DNA of 63,508 nt, the filler included, from Atractiella rhizophila (lineage: Eukaryota), in the NCBI GenBank assembly GCA_021432655.1. It is 10 parts of 9 records of this genome, joined end to end, with 100 filler letters (N's around TTAATTAATTAA, not from the genome) between each part and the next. Parts side by side here need not be neighbours in the genome. Positions count along the whole stretch, not along the records: positions 1 to 3,367 come from MU272234.1; positions 3,468 to 5,775 come from MU272234.1; positions 5,876 to 13,032 come from MU272235.1; 7 more parts are not named here. One strand, 5' to 3'. The notes under the pieces are model-generated. The model was not told where the DNA came from. It saw only the letters and a list, made by a program, of their open reading frames with translations, and searched no databases. Below, piece by piece: positions 1 through 12,755 of the stretch. A program made the translations under genes and the position numbers. Position 1 is the first letter of the stretch, and every line of letters starts with the position of its first letter.

Positions 1-807
1 GGGACTACGTCCGAAAATGTTTGGAACGTTTTGGTATGTCGGATGCGAACTCAGTGAACACTCCCTGCGACATAAACGAGAAAGTTTCGAAAGCCTGGGC
101 GCCCCAAACGGAAGAGGAACGTGAGTACATGAAGAGAATACCTTACAGAGAGGCGATAGGTGCTCTAATATACGCTGCTGTGAACACGCGCCCCGATATC
201 TTATTCGCGGTCAACAGGGCGGCCAGATACAGTGCTGATCCTGGCAGGAGGCATTGGGCGAGCGTTCAGAGGATTTTTAGATATCTTATTGGCACTCTTG
301 ACTTTAAACTCACATGGGATGACACAGGTTCCACCAAGGTAGAAGGATTTTTGGATTCTGACCATGCAGCGGATGTAGATACACGTCGCTCAGTCTCTGG
401 CGTAGTATTTCGACTAGGCAGATCGGCGGTCTCTTGGATATCAAAGATGCAGCCCACCGTAGCCATCTCTTCGACGGAGGCAGAATACATCGCGCTCTCA
501 AGTGCAGCTAGGGAGGCGATGTGGTTGAGGGGACTATTGTCGGAACTGGGTTTTCCTCAACAGGGACCGACGACGATAAAAGGGGATAATCAGGGTACAC
601 TTACTTTAGCGAAGCATCCTGCGAACCATGGCCGCCACGAAACATGTTGAGGTGCACTATCATTTTACAAGAGAGAGAGTCGAATCGGGTGAGATAATAC
701 TAACATGGATACCGACGGTACAAATGGCAGCAGACGTTCTCACGAAGGGTATAGGTAGTGTCCAGCACTGGAAGCTATGCTCGATGCTTGGTTTGCTGGA
801 GAATTAG
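1..807 (+). mobile_element. Ty1/copia LTR retrotransposon pol 3' end (RT C-terminus + RNase H), frameshifted, 5'-truncated by window edge
   Basis: ORF 21..650 has copia motifs PYREAIGALIY..TRPDI, DSDHAADVDTRRSVSG, SSTEAEYIALS and GDNQG. One extra C after codons H-G-R (~636) shifts the frame; the shifted frame continues TKHVEVHYHFTRE..QMAADVLTKG..LGLLEN* (TAG 805-807). Confidence 0.93.
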
Positions 808-1010
808 GGGGAGGACTTCATCTTGGGGTTACTGATTTCGGTATTGGTATTCGACAATCTTTCCCTATTTGTTCTTTTATCTGTGTTGATTTCTTTTGAT
901 CAATATTTGCTATAATTTCGCACTCTCCTTCTCTTTCTCTTGGTTCCGCTCATCCTTCTCACTTCCTTTCTCTCTTCGGTTCTCTTTCCTTCTTTCCTCG
1001 GCTGCTGAGT

Positions 1011-1304
1011 GAGGGGGGGTGTGAGAGATATGGCTCTCATTAGGCACTCAGCATGCTTTCGGTGCTTCTACAAGTTGCGGTTAGGGTTAGGGTCTTGCCT
1101 TCTGGATCCACAGCGTTTTGACCACCATCTTTGTGTACGCTGTGGATCCAGGTATGTAGTGTTCTTTGCATTGTACACAGCGTTTTGACCACCATCTTCG
1201 TGTACGCTGTGGATCCAGATCCGGCTCGTTCCAACAGTTCTGTTTGATGCCTCGGCACGCAGTTGTGAGAGTGAGAGAACATGCTGGACCGCTGGTTACT
1301 AACA
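1011..1304 (+). repeat. Polypurine tract (1011-1019) and 3' LTR (~1020-1304) of the copia element
   Basis: Purine run at 1011-1019 is immediately followed by TGTGAG. The segment ends in CTAACA at 1304 (TG...CA with an imperfect terminal inverted repeat, TGTGAG/TGTTAG) and lies ~200 nt after the pol stop. The 5' LTR is not in the window. Confidence 0.75.
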
Positions 1305-1975
1305 CCTTTGACTATTGAGCATCACTTGATTGATTTTGACATCCAGGCGAACCAACGAACGTTCGACTCTCCAGCTTGATGTCTTTCCAAGATTAATTCT
1401 TTTCATTTCATCTTAAAGGCACTGGCTTTTCCTTTAGGGATTGCAGTCTATTTGAAAGTCACAATCCTTAGGTCGTCGACATTGCAAGTTCATGATTTTT
1501 GCTATACCTATTCACATACCGCGCAGCGTCAACAAATGTTAAGCAACTATATGATCGCAAGTAAATATTGTTGTTGTTGTTGTGGTCATATTTCAGAGCT
1601 TTCAGACTATAGTCAACGTAGCTCTACATTTGGGGATATCACATGTGAGAAAATGAAGATGTTAACAGTCCAACAAAGTAATCTTGGAAGTTGAATCAGA
1701 ACCGAGAATATTGCGACGAGAAAGTGTAAAGGATATGAAAAAAAGCCCCCTGTAATCCCCGTTAAAATTTATGTTGGCGTAGAACGAAAGAAGCGGATGG
1801 GGGGTTACTAAATCGCGATGGCTATTGTGTGGTTGGGTTGTATGAGATGGGGATTGACGATGTATTCGGTTCCTCCTTTGCTATAACCTCATGGTACATG
1901 TGTGGTGGTAGATGGTTGTGTTCCTAGGAGCAATACCTTAGATGGGTCAGTGATGAGATTGGATGTAACTCGTTT

Positions 1976-3367
1976 TTAGTCTTCCCACTCATCCCTGAAC
2001 TCTTCTTCCTCCCCTCTACTTTCCGCCATTTGCTTTCGCTTCTCCTTTCTTCTGTCCAAGACTCTTTGTGCCCTTTTGATCCATAGGTTGAATTTCCCAC
2101 TCTTCCGGATGAATTCCCACACTGCTTGCGTTGCCTCCGGTTCGCTTAAAAGGTCCTTCAGGGATCGGAATCGAATGTCTTTCTTCCTGAGCCTGGCCCT
2201 GAGCTTCTTCCTTTCGTCTTCGTGTTCCTCGCATTTGAAAAATAGGTGGGTGACCGTGTCGTTCATTCCACAGAAGTCGCAGTATGGCTCGTCCATGACC
2301 CCGATGCTGTGGAGGTATTGGTTGTTAGAGATGTGTCCGCTGCGGAGTTGTACGAAGATGGATGCTTGAGCTCGTGGCATCTCCTTAAGCATTTCGAAGG
2401 TCTGGTCCGAGGAGAGGTGACGAGATAGCGAGTGGTGGTGTTTGCCGGCAGAGAGTGTCGGGAGTTCGCTGGGTAGGAACCGACTGGTCGTTATTATGGC
2501 CTTCAGCGCGGATGGGCTTTTCGCAATGACGATGTGGCCTGTTGCTGATTCGGGATCCGTCGCGTTGTTGGCCGCCGTGTCCGCTAGCTCGTTGCCTTTG
2601 ACGTTGTTGTGGCCTGGGATCCAATGGAGAGAGATGGAGCTGGTGGGGAAGAGCCTTCGGAATTTGTGTGCCAGCTTGTTGATGTTGAGGATCAAGCCGA
2701 CTCCATGTTTGCATTTCGGTTTCTTCGATAAACTTTTGACTGCGGCCTGAGAATCTGTGAAAATGCGTATAGACGAGATGGTTCCTCTTGAGTTATTGAG
2801 CGCAATCCCCAGTGTCAAGGCTCGATCTATCCCCATTAGTTCCGCTTCGAAGATGGTGTTATCGTCTTGGTTGCTGATCCTGTATCCCGCTTTGTTCTCC
2901 GGTTCCGTCATCGCTAGCCCGCATGCCACTCCATCCTCCGTCCTTGAGCCGTCCGTGAAGATCTAAATTTCATCCTCTTCTTGCTTTAGCTTCTTGAAAT
3001 CTTGCATCACGTCTTCCTTTGAGTCCGCTATGAAGATGTCGAAAGGTGGTGAGTGGCCAGGGTGGGTGGTGAAAGAAGGGATGATTTCGAGGTCCTTGGG
3101 GAAGTTGAGTTTGTCGGAGAGGAGGAGTGAATTGAGAGGAGAGCGGTGTTTCTTGGGTTGAGCAGAGTTGAGTATATTTTTTGCGATCCTGCCCGCTGGG
3201 TTGGAGTCCGGGAGGGAGAGCAGTCTGATCATTGCTCAAGTAATCGTTTTATCGAGGCAAGCCACCACTGGCGGAAGGTTGGAGTCATAGGAGAGAGCCG
3301 TTGTAGGGGTGGTGCGAAAGGCTCCGAGCATGAGTCTTTGAGCGTATCGTTGAACGATTTCCAGCCG
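1976..3367 (-). mobile_element. Tad1-like LINE ORF2 3' part (RT thumb, RNase H, C-terminal Zn finger), pseudogenised
   Basis: GAFRTTPT..L at the RT end; RNase H motifs IFTDGS, FEAELMGI, IFTDSQAA and WIPGHNNVKGNELAD; QLRSGH and CDFC..DTVTHLFFKC. In-frame stops at ~3236 (TGA) and 2963 (TAG). Confidence 0.9.
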
Positions 3368-3467
3368 NNNNNNNNNNNNNNNNNNNNNNNNNNNNNNNNN
3401 NNNNNNNNNNNTTAATTAATTAANNNNNNNNNNNNNNNNNNNNNNNNNNNNNNNNNNNNNNNNNNNN
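3368..3467. other. Artificial contig spacer (N43-44 + TTAATTAATTAA + N44; stops in six frames); first of nine
   Basis: The same 100-nt spacer also occurs at 5776-5875, 13033-13132, 20289-20388, 27537-27636, 34764-34863, 41988-42087, 49168-49267 and 56347-56446. Confidence 0.98.
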
Positions 3468-4033
3468 GCACGTTCGGATGCCTAGGCGTTATCAACATTC
3501 CGAAGGAGAAGCAGACGTCGAAACTACATGCGAGGGGATTGATGGGATATTTTGTTGGGTATTTGGAGGGTGCGAAGGGATGGTTGTTCTGGGTTCCTCA
3601 ATCACGGCGTTTCGTTCAGGCCAAGGAGGTTATGTGGTTTGAGGACCAGTTTTACAAGGATAGGCCGATGGGGGACACCGAGAAACTGGCCAAATGGTCT
3701 CTACACGAATTCATGCCCTCAGATTTCGATATGTTAGCTGATGATGTTTCTGTTCGAATTCCAGGTCCTGAAGCCATAATCCCACCAACAACGCCACCAG
3801 CTGTGGAGCAGCATCTGACTGGGAGTGGAGAAATGCTGATAGATGATGGACCAAGGGTTCAAAGGGGGAGGCGACCCTCGTTTCTCAAGGTGATGAAGCT
3901 GATCCTCCTGATGTTCCTGCTATTCCTCCTACGCGCCAGCGGAGGAAGAGGATACCAGACCATTCGCCTCACCCGTATCCACGACATAACCGGTCACGTC
4001 GAAACCTCCCTCGTATTGACTACAAGGCTTTAG
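3468..4033 (+). mobile_element. Ty1/copia pol fragment, SH3-like region just downstream of integrase
   Basis: Reads RTFGCLGVINIPKEKQTSKLHARGLMGYFVGYLEGAKGWLFW...FVQAKEVMWFE, matching the copia FGC..KL..R..G.FVGY..KGY..S.DV.F.E pattern, then decays. Confidence 0.85.
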
Positions 4034-6986
4034 ACAGTGGCCGTCCGCAACCAATTCTGACTACCTCCCCGCCTATCTCCACAGGGACAGATGATACCGA
4101 ATGTCTAGCGTGAGTGGGGATTGAGTTGCCGATGTGACAAGAGAGGAGTATTACACATCCATCACCAAGACACCGGAGTTTGCATGCCGGCTAACGGGCA
4201 GCTGGGAGATTATTCTTGGTCAGCTTGATACCTTTGGTTTGTTCGCAACTGCCCTTGCTCTGTCTGTTGAGCGTGCTTATAGTGCACGTTTGGGAGTACG
4301 ATAATTTCGCTGGGTTTGACTCTTCCAAGGCCGCTATCCTCCAAGCTGCGGTTCGTCGTCCCTCTGTCTTGTAATCACCTTGTTCACCTTTTACATTAGG
4401 GCCACAAAGAGACATTCCAGCGACGCATCATGCCCTTGCTTGAACACCGCACGTCTCAATTGTGTCAGGAGTTCGCATTTTGGGCATCTTCTCCTCCGAG
4501 AGATTTTGGGGGAATTTATGAAATGCGCACCTACGATCTAGTTCCTGGATCTCTGCTTGAATGGGAGCATGAGTGGTTTGTCTTTGGATTTATGATATTT
4601 TGCTCGAATTGATTATTGACGACAGGCGTCGGGGTCTTGAAGCTAGGAGCCACTTCGTACAACCAGTCGGTGCTTGGTTCTCGCAAGTGGGAAGATTGCA
4701 TCAGGTATATTACTTACCTCTCTTGTGACAGCGATTGACCACTCGCATTTTCTGTTTGTTAGGTCCATCACGTCTGGAATTATGCGTCAATGGAACAGCG
4801 GGATAAGCAGAGGGCTGAGGCATGGAAGATCGATGGGTGGAATGACACAGTCGTCAAGGTAGGCTCTCCTTTGCGCAGTGATAACGAGATAATGTGGTCT
4901 GCAGACTGTCAAGCTGTCGACTAAGATGGAGGCGAGCATCATGCACCCGCTAGATTTCTCCCCGCTGAAGTAGTCCAGCATACAAGGTGGTGTATAAGGA
5001 GCGCTCACAATCGCGAAAGAATATGGTTATTGAATAACTGGAGAGCTGGACAATGTTTGAATCTTGTGTAGATAGTCGTGCTTTGTTGGTGTTCTGCATC
5101 ACAATGACATGTTCTCTCAGCGATCCTACTTCATGCGCAGAATTTCGAAGAATAAGCTCTGTCGTTTCGAAGTTCCTATGTAACGGTAACAATGGAAATG
5201 CATGCCCGAAACCAACGTGCACCTAGCACAAAGGAACGACTGACTATTTACATAACACACAGTTCCTCCAAATGCCGCGTTCAATTTGTCCCACAGTGTC
5301 CCACCGTCTCCTGATTAAAACGAAACGCACTCCAACGACGGTGTAGCTGTTTAGACGCGTTGAAATGGGAAATAGGACACGAGATAGCAGAGGCAGGGGT
5401 CTGCACAGGTGCGTTCTTTCTTCGCAGGATGGATGAGGGTGTGAGATTCTTTTCAAGCCTTGTATCATGTGAGAAAAACGACGAGACGACATATGCAGAA
5501 GAGCCAACAAACAAAGGCATTAGAAAACATACAATACGAATAAGATTGAGCAGAAGCGGCGATGGACAGATGGTATCAACGAGCTCCCTTTGGCAGGGAG
5601 AATAGACAGAGACAGATGCTGCTCCCTTCGATGGGAAATCCACACACAACAAGAATTGCGAATCAGACAAATTCATACAAAGTGGCATATGTTACTTTGA
5701 GAACGACGATCAGTTCAGCAGCCTGTCGAACATGGCGCTACTCCTCCTCCTTCCCGCGACTTCTTCGTCGAAGTCNNNNNNNNNNNNNNNNNNNNNNNNN
5801 NNNNNNNNNNNNNNNNNNNTTAATTAATTAANNNNNNNNNNNNNNNNNNNNNNNNNNNNNNNNNNNNNNNNNNNNATCACAGTCTAATGCCTCGCTGGCT
5901 ACCCATCAAAAGCACACGGCACCAGGCCTGGTAAGTCAGCAGCTGGACAAATGCTTGAATGTTGATGATGAAAACTTGGAAGACAATTGGGGGGGCTAGT
6001 CTTCCATACGAGGTTTTGCCTCTCATTGCCGTAGTGGTGGTCGCATCTACCTTTGGGGTTTATGCAAGCATCAAGCACAGTAAGCTTATTTGAAGATTTC
6101 TCCAAATAACTAGTACCTAACACATTTGCAGTTAAAAGTGATCACGAGCTCAGGCTATCTCATGAGAGTTACACAAATCGACATGACACCATCCTGCCTC
6201 CTAATTGACTAAAAGGGAAAGAGATAGAGCTACTGTTCCGATTTTTCAGGGCTGCGGCCCTTCCTGTTTAGAATGATTCAGATGATTTCAGCACGTAATT
6301 CTAGTTTATATTACAATCCTCATGATACAAGAGCGTTACATGTATTCTCCATGGTTTTACAGCAACATTCAGAGCCACGTAGTGACTGTGCCATGTCATA
6401 GAATATGGAGACTTATCGATCGAGTTCCACTTCCTTCTTTCAAGAAGAAATTGGGAAGAGAATACACGACTAAGATTGTTATTGAGAACGTCGACAAGAT
6501 TCTGCCTATGAGGAAGACCAATCAATTTCTGTCGATGTCGCGCATCCAACTCAGTCAGAGACGTCGTTGGATGCCATTCTCGTTGCCTTAGAATGGTCTC
6601 ACACTTTTCTTTCAATCACCCCAGCACACCGCAGAAGCACTCACTGTGACAAGCAGTAGCATATTTTGCTTCTGCAGGCTCGAGTTTCCCTCGCAGATGT
6701 CGTTAGAACAGAAATTAAACGTGAGTTCTTAAATTCAACTTTTCGCAAGTAATTGGGCAGTGATAACCAGAAGCGAGTTGATTGACGTGGGAAGTGTATA
6801 TAAAAACAATGGGGTCGAGTGCAGGGTCTTCTTCTTCTTCTTGGCGGTTGGTTTACAGAAAAAAAAAATGTAAGCGGATCCGTTTTATCCGCCCAGTGCT
6901 GAAACCTTATGAAAAGGTACCCGGTCCGAAACAAACTGAAAGCGAGTAGACACTAAACACATTACTTTTGAGCAACAAAGAGAACA

Positions 6987-7387
6987 ATGTTGGGGCGACT
7001 GGTTCATTACGGTGTGGATGCTGTTATGCTCACCACAATACTGGCGGGAATCAAGCGCACAAGTGGCTTCCAGTGCGTGTCGGTTTCTTGCTCCGAGTCT
7101 CATGCTGCCAATCAGAAAAATGTGATGAATGTGATGCAACTGTGCCCACCTCCAACGCAGGAAGGCTTCTTCTAATTCTCTCTTCATAGATGCAGAAGTT
7201 TGGACTTGCTTGTTTACTGATTATTTTCTGCATCTCAAGATTGTCGACCAACCCCTTTCCGGAAGGCACCCCTCGAAACTTCGCAAATCAGTACCTTGGA
7301 ATAGGGGAGAAGATATTCGACATGGCATGTGCTGCGAGCTTTACAAGCGGGTGGTTCGAGAAGAGCGAGGGCAAACCTCGGCAGTAA
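6987..7387 (+). CDS. Small DUF1748-type fungal protein (2 exons: 6987-7072, 7240-7387)
   Basis: MLGRLVHYGVDAVMLTTILAGIKRTSGFQ|LSTNPFPEGTPRNFANQYLGIGEKIFDM..SGWFEK. The GTGCGT..CTGAT..AAG intron joins the exons in frame. Confidence 0.8.
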
Positions 7388-8491
7388 TTTCAGGTTGCCG
7401 TTGGTTCGTCATTATCTTCCATGTTTAGTTCTTACTATCATGAACTGATGGTTGTCACTTATTCCGGATAGGGTAACTAGTCGACACCAGTCAGAGCAGC
7501 GTGATCTGTTGGATGTTGTGTATTTCTACATCTATTCTCTCCCGAAACCTTTATCCCAATCGACGTGTCCCTTCGGCAAGGCTTCAATGAAACAGGGAGA
7601 AGGGGAGCCGTGTTCCCGATCCACGATCTTCTTTTTTCTTGTTTTGGTTTGTGGATGGTCCTGAACGCCATCCGTGCACCGTGACTGTCCTATGCGGTTC
7701 ACTTGACCTCATCAAAATCATGAGCCTGGAGCTCATTGGAGGTGCTCTCAATAAGGAAGAAAGCAAAGCAGCCTCGTCCCGTCTCTGCATCGCGAGTGCC
7801 GCTTGAGGCTCGGGAAGCAGGACGCGTATATCCATTCCATCTGTGTTGCACAGCGATTCGGAGTCGCCGCGGGTACGACGAGCCCGTTTGGTTCTCCCTC
7901 CCAGTTGCTCCTATCATTAGGTTTCAATGTTTTGTAGTCTTCATCTCACTCCATATACTCTCGACTTAGATATTTACAACTTGAAGAGAACGACAGAAAA
8001 CTCGTTAATGTGCAGTGATTTGGCATCGTAGGGTCGCGATTCACCGAGAACCGGACTTTCCGGGCAGACGAGAACTTGGAGGCAGGGAAAGGCTGTTCAG
8101 TTGCAGTCAAGCGCGGTAGGCTCATGGCGGGACTTGGAATCGCCCTTCTTCACCGTGCTCCCTCGACGTTGTTGTTTCTGGAATAGAGCAAAGTTGTGAT
8201 TGGAGCGGAGGACGATAGGCAAACAATGCGTGTACGAAAGATCTCCTCCACTTCAGTCTTCAGCAAACATGAATCAACGAGCGAGATTGGTTAACCCTAC
8301 GGATACCATGGCACCGTTCACCCAAGTGTTCGAAGTTCTCGGCTTACTAGTCCTCCGGTTCTTCTCTCCGGTAAGTTAGATCGCTGTTATGACCTGGTTC
8401 ATCTCGATGCATATAAAAGCTCCAGCTCTGACAAGGGTAGTTACAGCAGCAGTAAAGGAACCGATCCGCTAAATTACAACATAGAAACGTC

Positions 8492-9046
8492 ATGTCCTCC
8501 AGAACCGAATCGACCAAATCCAAGCAGCCGTTACCGAGGGGTTCCGCTTGCACGGTGAGCATCAGACCCATCCTTGTAACAAGCAAATGAGATCTCATGA
8601 ATGCTTTTCTAGAACTGCCGTAAGAGGAAGATTGCTTGCAATGGTGATCCTTCCGGATGTGACCAATGCCTCAAGAGCCAAAAAGTCAGGCAATACGCAT
8701 CCGAACCCATTGTCTGCACCTACACCCCAGGCTATTCCAGATCCAATTCGTCATCTGCAGGGGACGCAGAAGATACGAAAATAACTGGTATGGAAGAGAG
8801 AATAGGTCTGTCATCCATCATCACATTCGTAGAACCATTTGCTGATAACTTTGCGAAGCGATACTCGAGATGCAGCTCAGGCAGCAAGAACAACTTCTCA
8901 GAAACATCAATAGCTCGGGATCCAATGACGTTGCCTTACATTATGCGAACCAATTTACCACGGAAGAGATAAGCTTGATGCGCACCGCAGGGATCATCGA
9001 CGCGAGCGGCAACTTATTAGTGGACCCCAAGTTTTTCGCACAGTGA
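8492..9046 (+). CDS. Small Zn(II)2Cys6 + coiled-coil protein, paralog A (exons 8492-8554, 8613-8805, 8859-9046; ~147 aa)
   Basis: Spliced: PLPRGSACT|NCRKRKIACNGDPSGCDQCLKSQKVRQYASEPIVCTY..MEERI|AILEMQLRQQEQLL..DPKFFAQ*. Exon sum 444 nt, in frame. Confidence 0.8.
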
Positions 9047-11201
9047 CTTCCCCTTCTAAACTCGGCGAGAGTATTAATATTTCCTTGTTCCTTATGTGAC
9101 TCCTTGTACTTCCTGTTGTGACAAAAGACGCAAAACACTGTTTCATCACTGTGTTGGACTCTGCGTGAAAACTGCTTTCCCCGTCTCGCAATTGGCTGCT
9201 ATTTTCAAAGAGGCGGCGCTTTTCGGCCTTGGTCGGGCATGTGTAATATTCTGAAAGAGATTTCCTGATACAACGCCAAACCACATCATCCACGAGTCGA
9301 TTTAGCGATTCGGAACATTGATCGAGCGATGCTCTTGCTGTGTTGTCTCCCCGCCGATCACTTTCGCCGAGTTGTTGAACTTGGTTGAACCCAGAAGAAC
9401 GTAAACCAAGGGAATAGACTGATAGCCAGAGTGGCCAGCACTTGAAATCAACTCTGCTCAGACTCCGGGGCCGCGAGGCACAGCCGGCGACCAAAGCAAG
9501 GAGAGAGAGTATATCCTTCACATGGAAGATCGCCCGAACCTTAAACCGAACACTCACTTTTATTCCAAAAGCCTTTGTTGGAGCCAGCAAACATCAGAGG
9601 GAAGCGACGAAAGCGAAGGCGAAGGACAGTACTTCAGGGTGAATGTATACCAGCGAAGAAGTCACTCTGGGCGGAAGGTACATCCACCAAGAGATGCTGA
9701 GGAGAAAGTTGCAATATTTGCCCACCCAACAAGAAACGGGAAGCAAGCCAAGGTGTGTGATTCATGTGATTGGAGAGCATGTCCCCTCCACATTCTCTTT
9801 GCAGCATGAATATGACTGCTGTCGTACATCTTTTGTTCCCTTTTGAAAGATTCTCAATTGCAGCCTGTGCGCGTTTGGCGGGATCCACTTTATCCAAATC
9901 ATCTGTTTCGCACGATTATTCTGTAGGCAGCTGATAGAGTTTGAAACATTTATACTCCCTTACAGCCAGCTCTTCATCTTGCCCTCTTATCCCTCTTCAC
10001 CTTTATATTATTTAAACGGCATGCTACTGCACTTTCGGGAGGATCCATTGGATGGCCCGAAAACTCAGACAAGGACTGTTGAGATTTCAACTATGATCGC
10101 GGGAAAACTCTTATATCCCCCAAAAGGCTTGTCCTTTCAATGGTCGCTCCACTGTGACCGCTTGTATTGGTTCATTTCCCCAAAAGGACAGTGTGAGGGG
10201 AAGATCTGACGAAGCTCTCGCTTCTGTTGTTCCCCTCTTCTTCTCCTGGGAAAATCTTGAGCACGAGCTCTATTCCCAAAATGAATGACGAGCAATGACA
10301 TGAAGCGGGAGTGTAATGCCACTATTCATGTAATAGCTCCAGATTTCACAATAATCGCGGCTCTGAGCGACCTGAGCCTAGGCTGTTAAGTAATGATAGA
10401 TTACATTAGCTCCAATGTCCTTGACAAACGCTTATTACTCACAGACTCAGGGGACAAATTTTGATTGTGGGAGAAATTGTGCTGACTATTCCGTCGCTGT
10501 CGCTCGCCACCCCATGGAACGGCGCGCAATTTATTTTCATTTCAGCAAGTGACATAGTCTACTGTTCACAGCTGTGGGTGTGGGGGAATCGCTTGAGGGG
10601 AGAATTGGTAAGCTGCCGCTCTTTCGTCGCCTTCGCGTTCAAATGACCCCTTCGTGAAAGCACAGAAATGGATTAATGCAGATAAGGTCGCCTGATGGAA
10701 GACCCCGCGATGGAGGACAAGAGCATTTTCAATCCCGATTCACCTGAACGCAGACTATCTCCAACAAATCTCAGATCTCACCTTCTCGATAATCTTAGGC
10801 GTTCAGCACTGTTGACTTTCAACCAATATGATAGAAAGGTTAGTCCTACCACATATGTAAATAAAAAGCCGCCGGGGCGAGGGAATGACTCCATATCCTG
10901 CAGTCGCACTCAATCTAGCCATTTACTGTATCAACAATTCTGGATCTCACGGGTGAAATGAGTTCCAGAAAGTTTTTGGCCCCTCTTTTTTCTGATTCGC
11001 CCTATAAAGTTGGCGGGGTGCAGGATCCCTCGCTTAGTCCTTCCTTTGGACTTTGCAGCCGCTGTTTGCTCGTCATCTTAAATCGCAAGAACAGACGTGC
11101 TCAATCCTATCGGTACGTCCGACTCTTTCCTCTGGCTTTCAGTGCATTGAAGTCATTTTTCTATGCATAGCTGATGGTTCCGCTTATGCCAGAAACAAAA
11201 A

Positions 11202-11830
11202 ATGTCCACTACTCCAGAACCCAAATACAAGCCTCCTTTGCGCAGAGGTGAGGCTTGCACGGTGAGTGAGAGCTGGACTCTTTTCCCCTTTCTCCTATTG
11301 CGTAAAGCTCAGCCGTTATCTTAGAATTGTCGAAAGAGGAAAGTTGCCTGTAACGGGGATCGTTCTGGATGTAATCAATGCCTGAAGAGCCAGAAAGTCC
11401 GAAAATACAGTTGCAGCCCAATCATTTGCAGCTACTCGAGTTACCCCAGGAAATCAAAACCCAAGTTCGCAGAACTCGAAGAAGCAGATCCCGTTGAGCC
11501 CAAGATCGCTCGCTTGGAAGAGCGAATAGGCACGTCGCGTCCTCTCTCTTGTTCCTCAAACCTCGCCGACAGATTTGGCAAGCTGTGCTGGAAACGCAAC
11601 TCATGCGTCAGGAAGAACTCCTCAGAAGTCTCACCACTCCTGGAATGCATTCTTCTTCATCGTCAACCTCAACGCAACCTTCCTTTTCCACCATCGACAA
11701 TCACATCGTTGAAGCGGAGATGAGCGGGATGCATACTACAGCAATAATTGGCTCGTTTAACAGTGCCTCACCAGATCCAGCTTTTCTGACTTTCGTTCCC
11801 TTCTATTGCTCACCTCATTTGTCTTCTTAA
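11202..11830 (+). CDS. Small Zn(II)2Cys6 + coiled-coil protein, paralog B (exons 11202-11261, 11325-11529, 11583-11830; ~170 aa)
   Basis: PLRRGEACT|NCRKRKVACNGDRSGCNQCLKSQKVRKYSCSPIICSY..KIARLEERI|AVLETQLMRQEELL. Second intron is GC-AG. Exon sum 513 nt, in frame. Confidence 0.8.
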
Positions 11831-12755
11831 ATGGTCAAAGTGCATCCTAACCTCGCCACAGCATTGTCATATTTTCATATCCCAGTCTAATTTGTTCACT
11901 CCTATCGAAATGTTAGGTGTATCCATAGCATGCCACAGTTTGCTGATTACAACTCTTGACGCCATCTGGTTGGCTTAATTGTGATTACTGTGTGAGGACC
12001 CACTTGTTTGTGATTACAATGATCAGCTCAGCGATGGTCTTTTCATAGACCATTGAGTGCGAGACAAGAATGTCAGGAAAAAAGTAATTGAAAATAAATA
12101 TCAGCTGATTTGGAGACATGGAGCTAATGATAACTGCAATGCTCAAAGGTCCTGATGTGACGGAGCGAGTTCAAATACTTGCATTCATTCTACCTTGTGC
12201 ATGTGGCGGATTTGAACTTGAAATATCCTAGAGCTCCTGTTCCAATCTCCTCAGAGTCCTCACAAGCCTTGACTAGCTTGACTCCTCATAGCTAAATGGC
12301 CACGAAAGGAGAGGAGCGCGTCAGTGCGCCAGCACGGTCGTGCCCCCGTTCCTAGGGTCAAGTGCCGCGGAAAGCTGAGGAACCATCTCTTTTTGCTACC
12401 AACCTCCCGCGCTTCCGTCTCCTTTAGTTAGGTAGAGTAACAAATTGAATGACATGGTTGTCGTGCCCGTCAACCCGAGCGTTCTCCCAATGCCAGATTG
12501 ATGGCCACGAGAATGGCCCGCTAGATCAGCGGTCTAGGCTAACATTAAGCCTGCCGGTGCCTGCAATTCCTCCAAACCGCCGGCGCGAGGACGAATGGCT
12601 GTTTCACCTAATTTCCCTATGGATTAATCAATTCTTCACACTGATTCTAGAATGAAAGTTCTTCAGGCCCCTCCTTTCTCTTGTGGCGAAGGTTGGGCTT
12701 GCCGTATATATTACGTTCCCGAAGCTAGGATCCTTTCTTAAGATACGAAGCCAAC

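Noticed and set aside
3412..3423. TTAATTAATTAA palindrome repeated nine times
   Set aside because: Embedded in N runs; an artificial linker.
4190..5775. Scattered minus-strand ORFs suggesting a multi-exon gene
   Set aside because: Could not build a consistent model or assign a family.
8060..8340. Possible fourth, degenerate Zn-cluster copy (RQGKA.., GKQCVYERSPP)
   Set aside because: Needs several frameshifts, and six Cys cannot be assembled.
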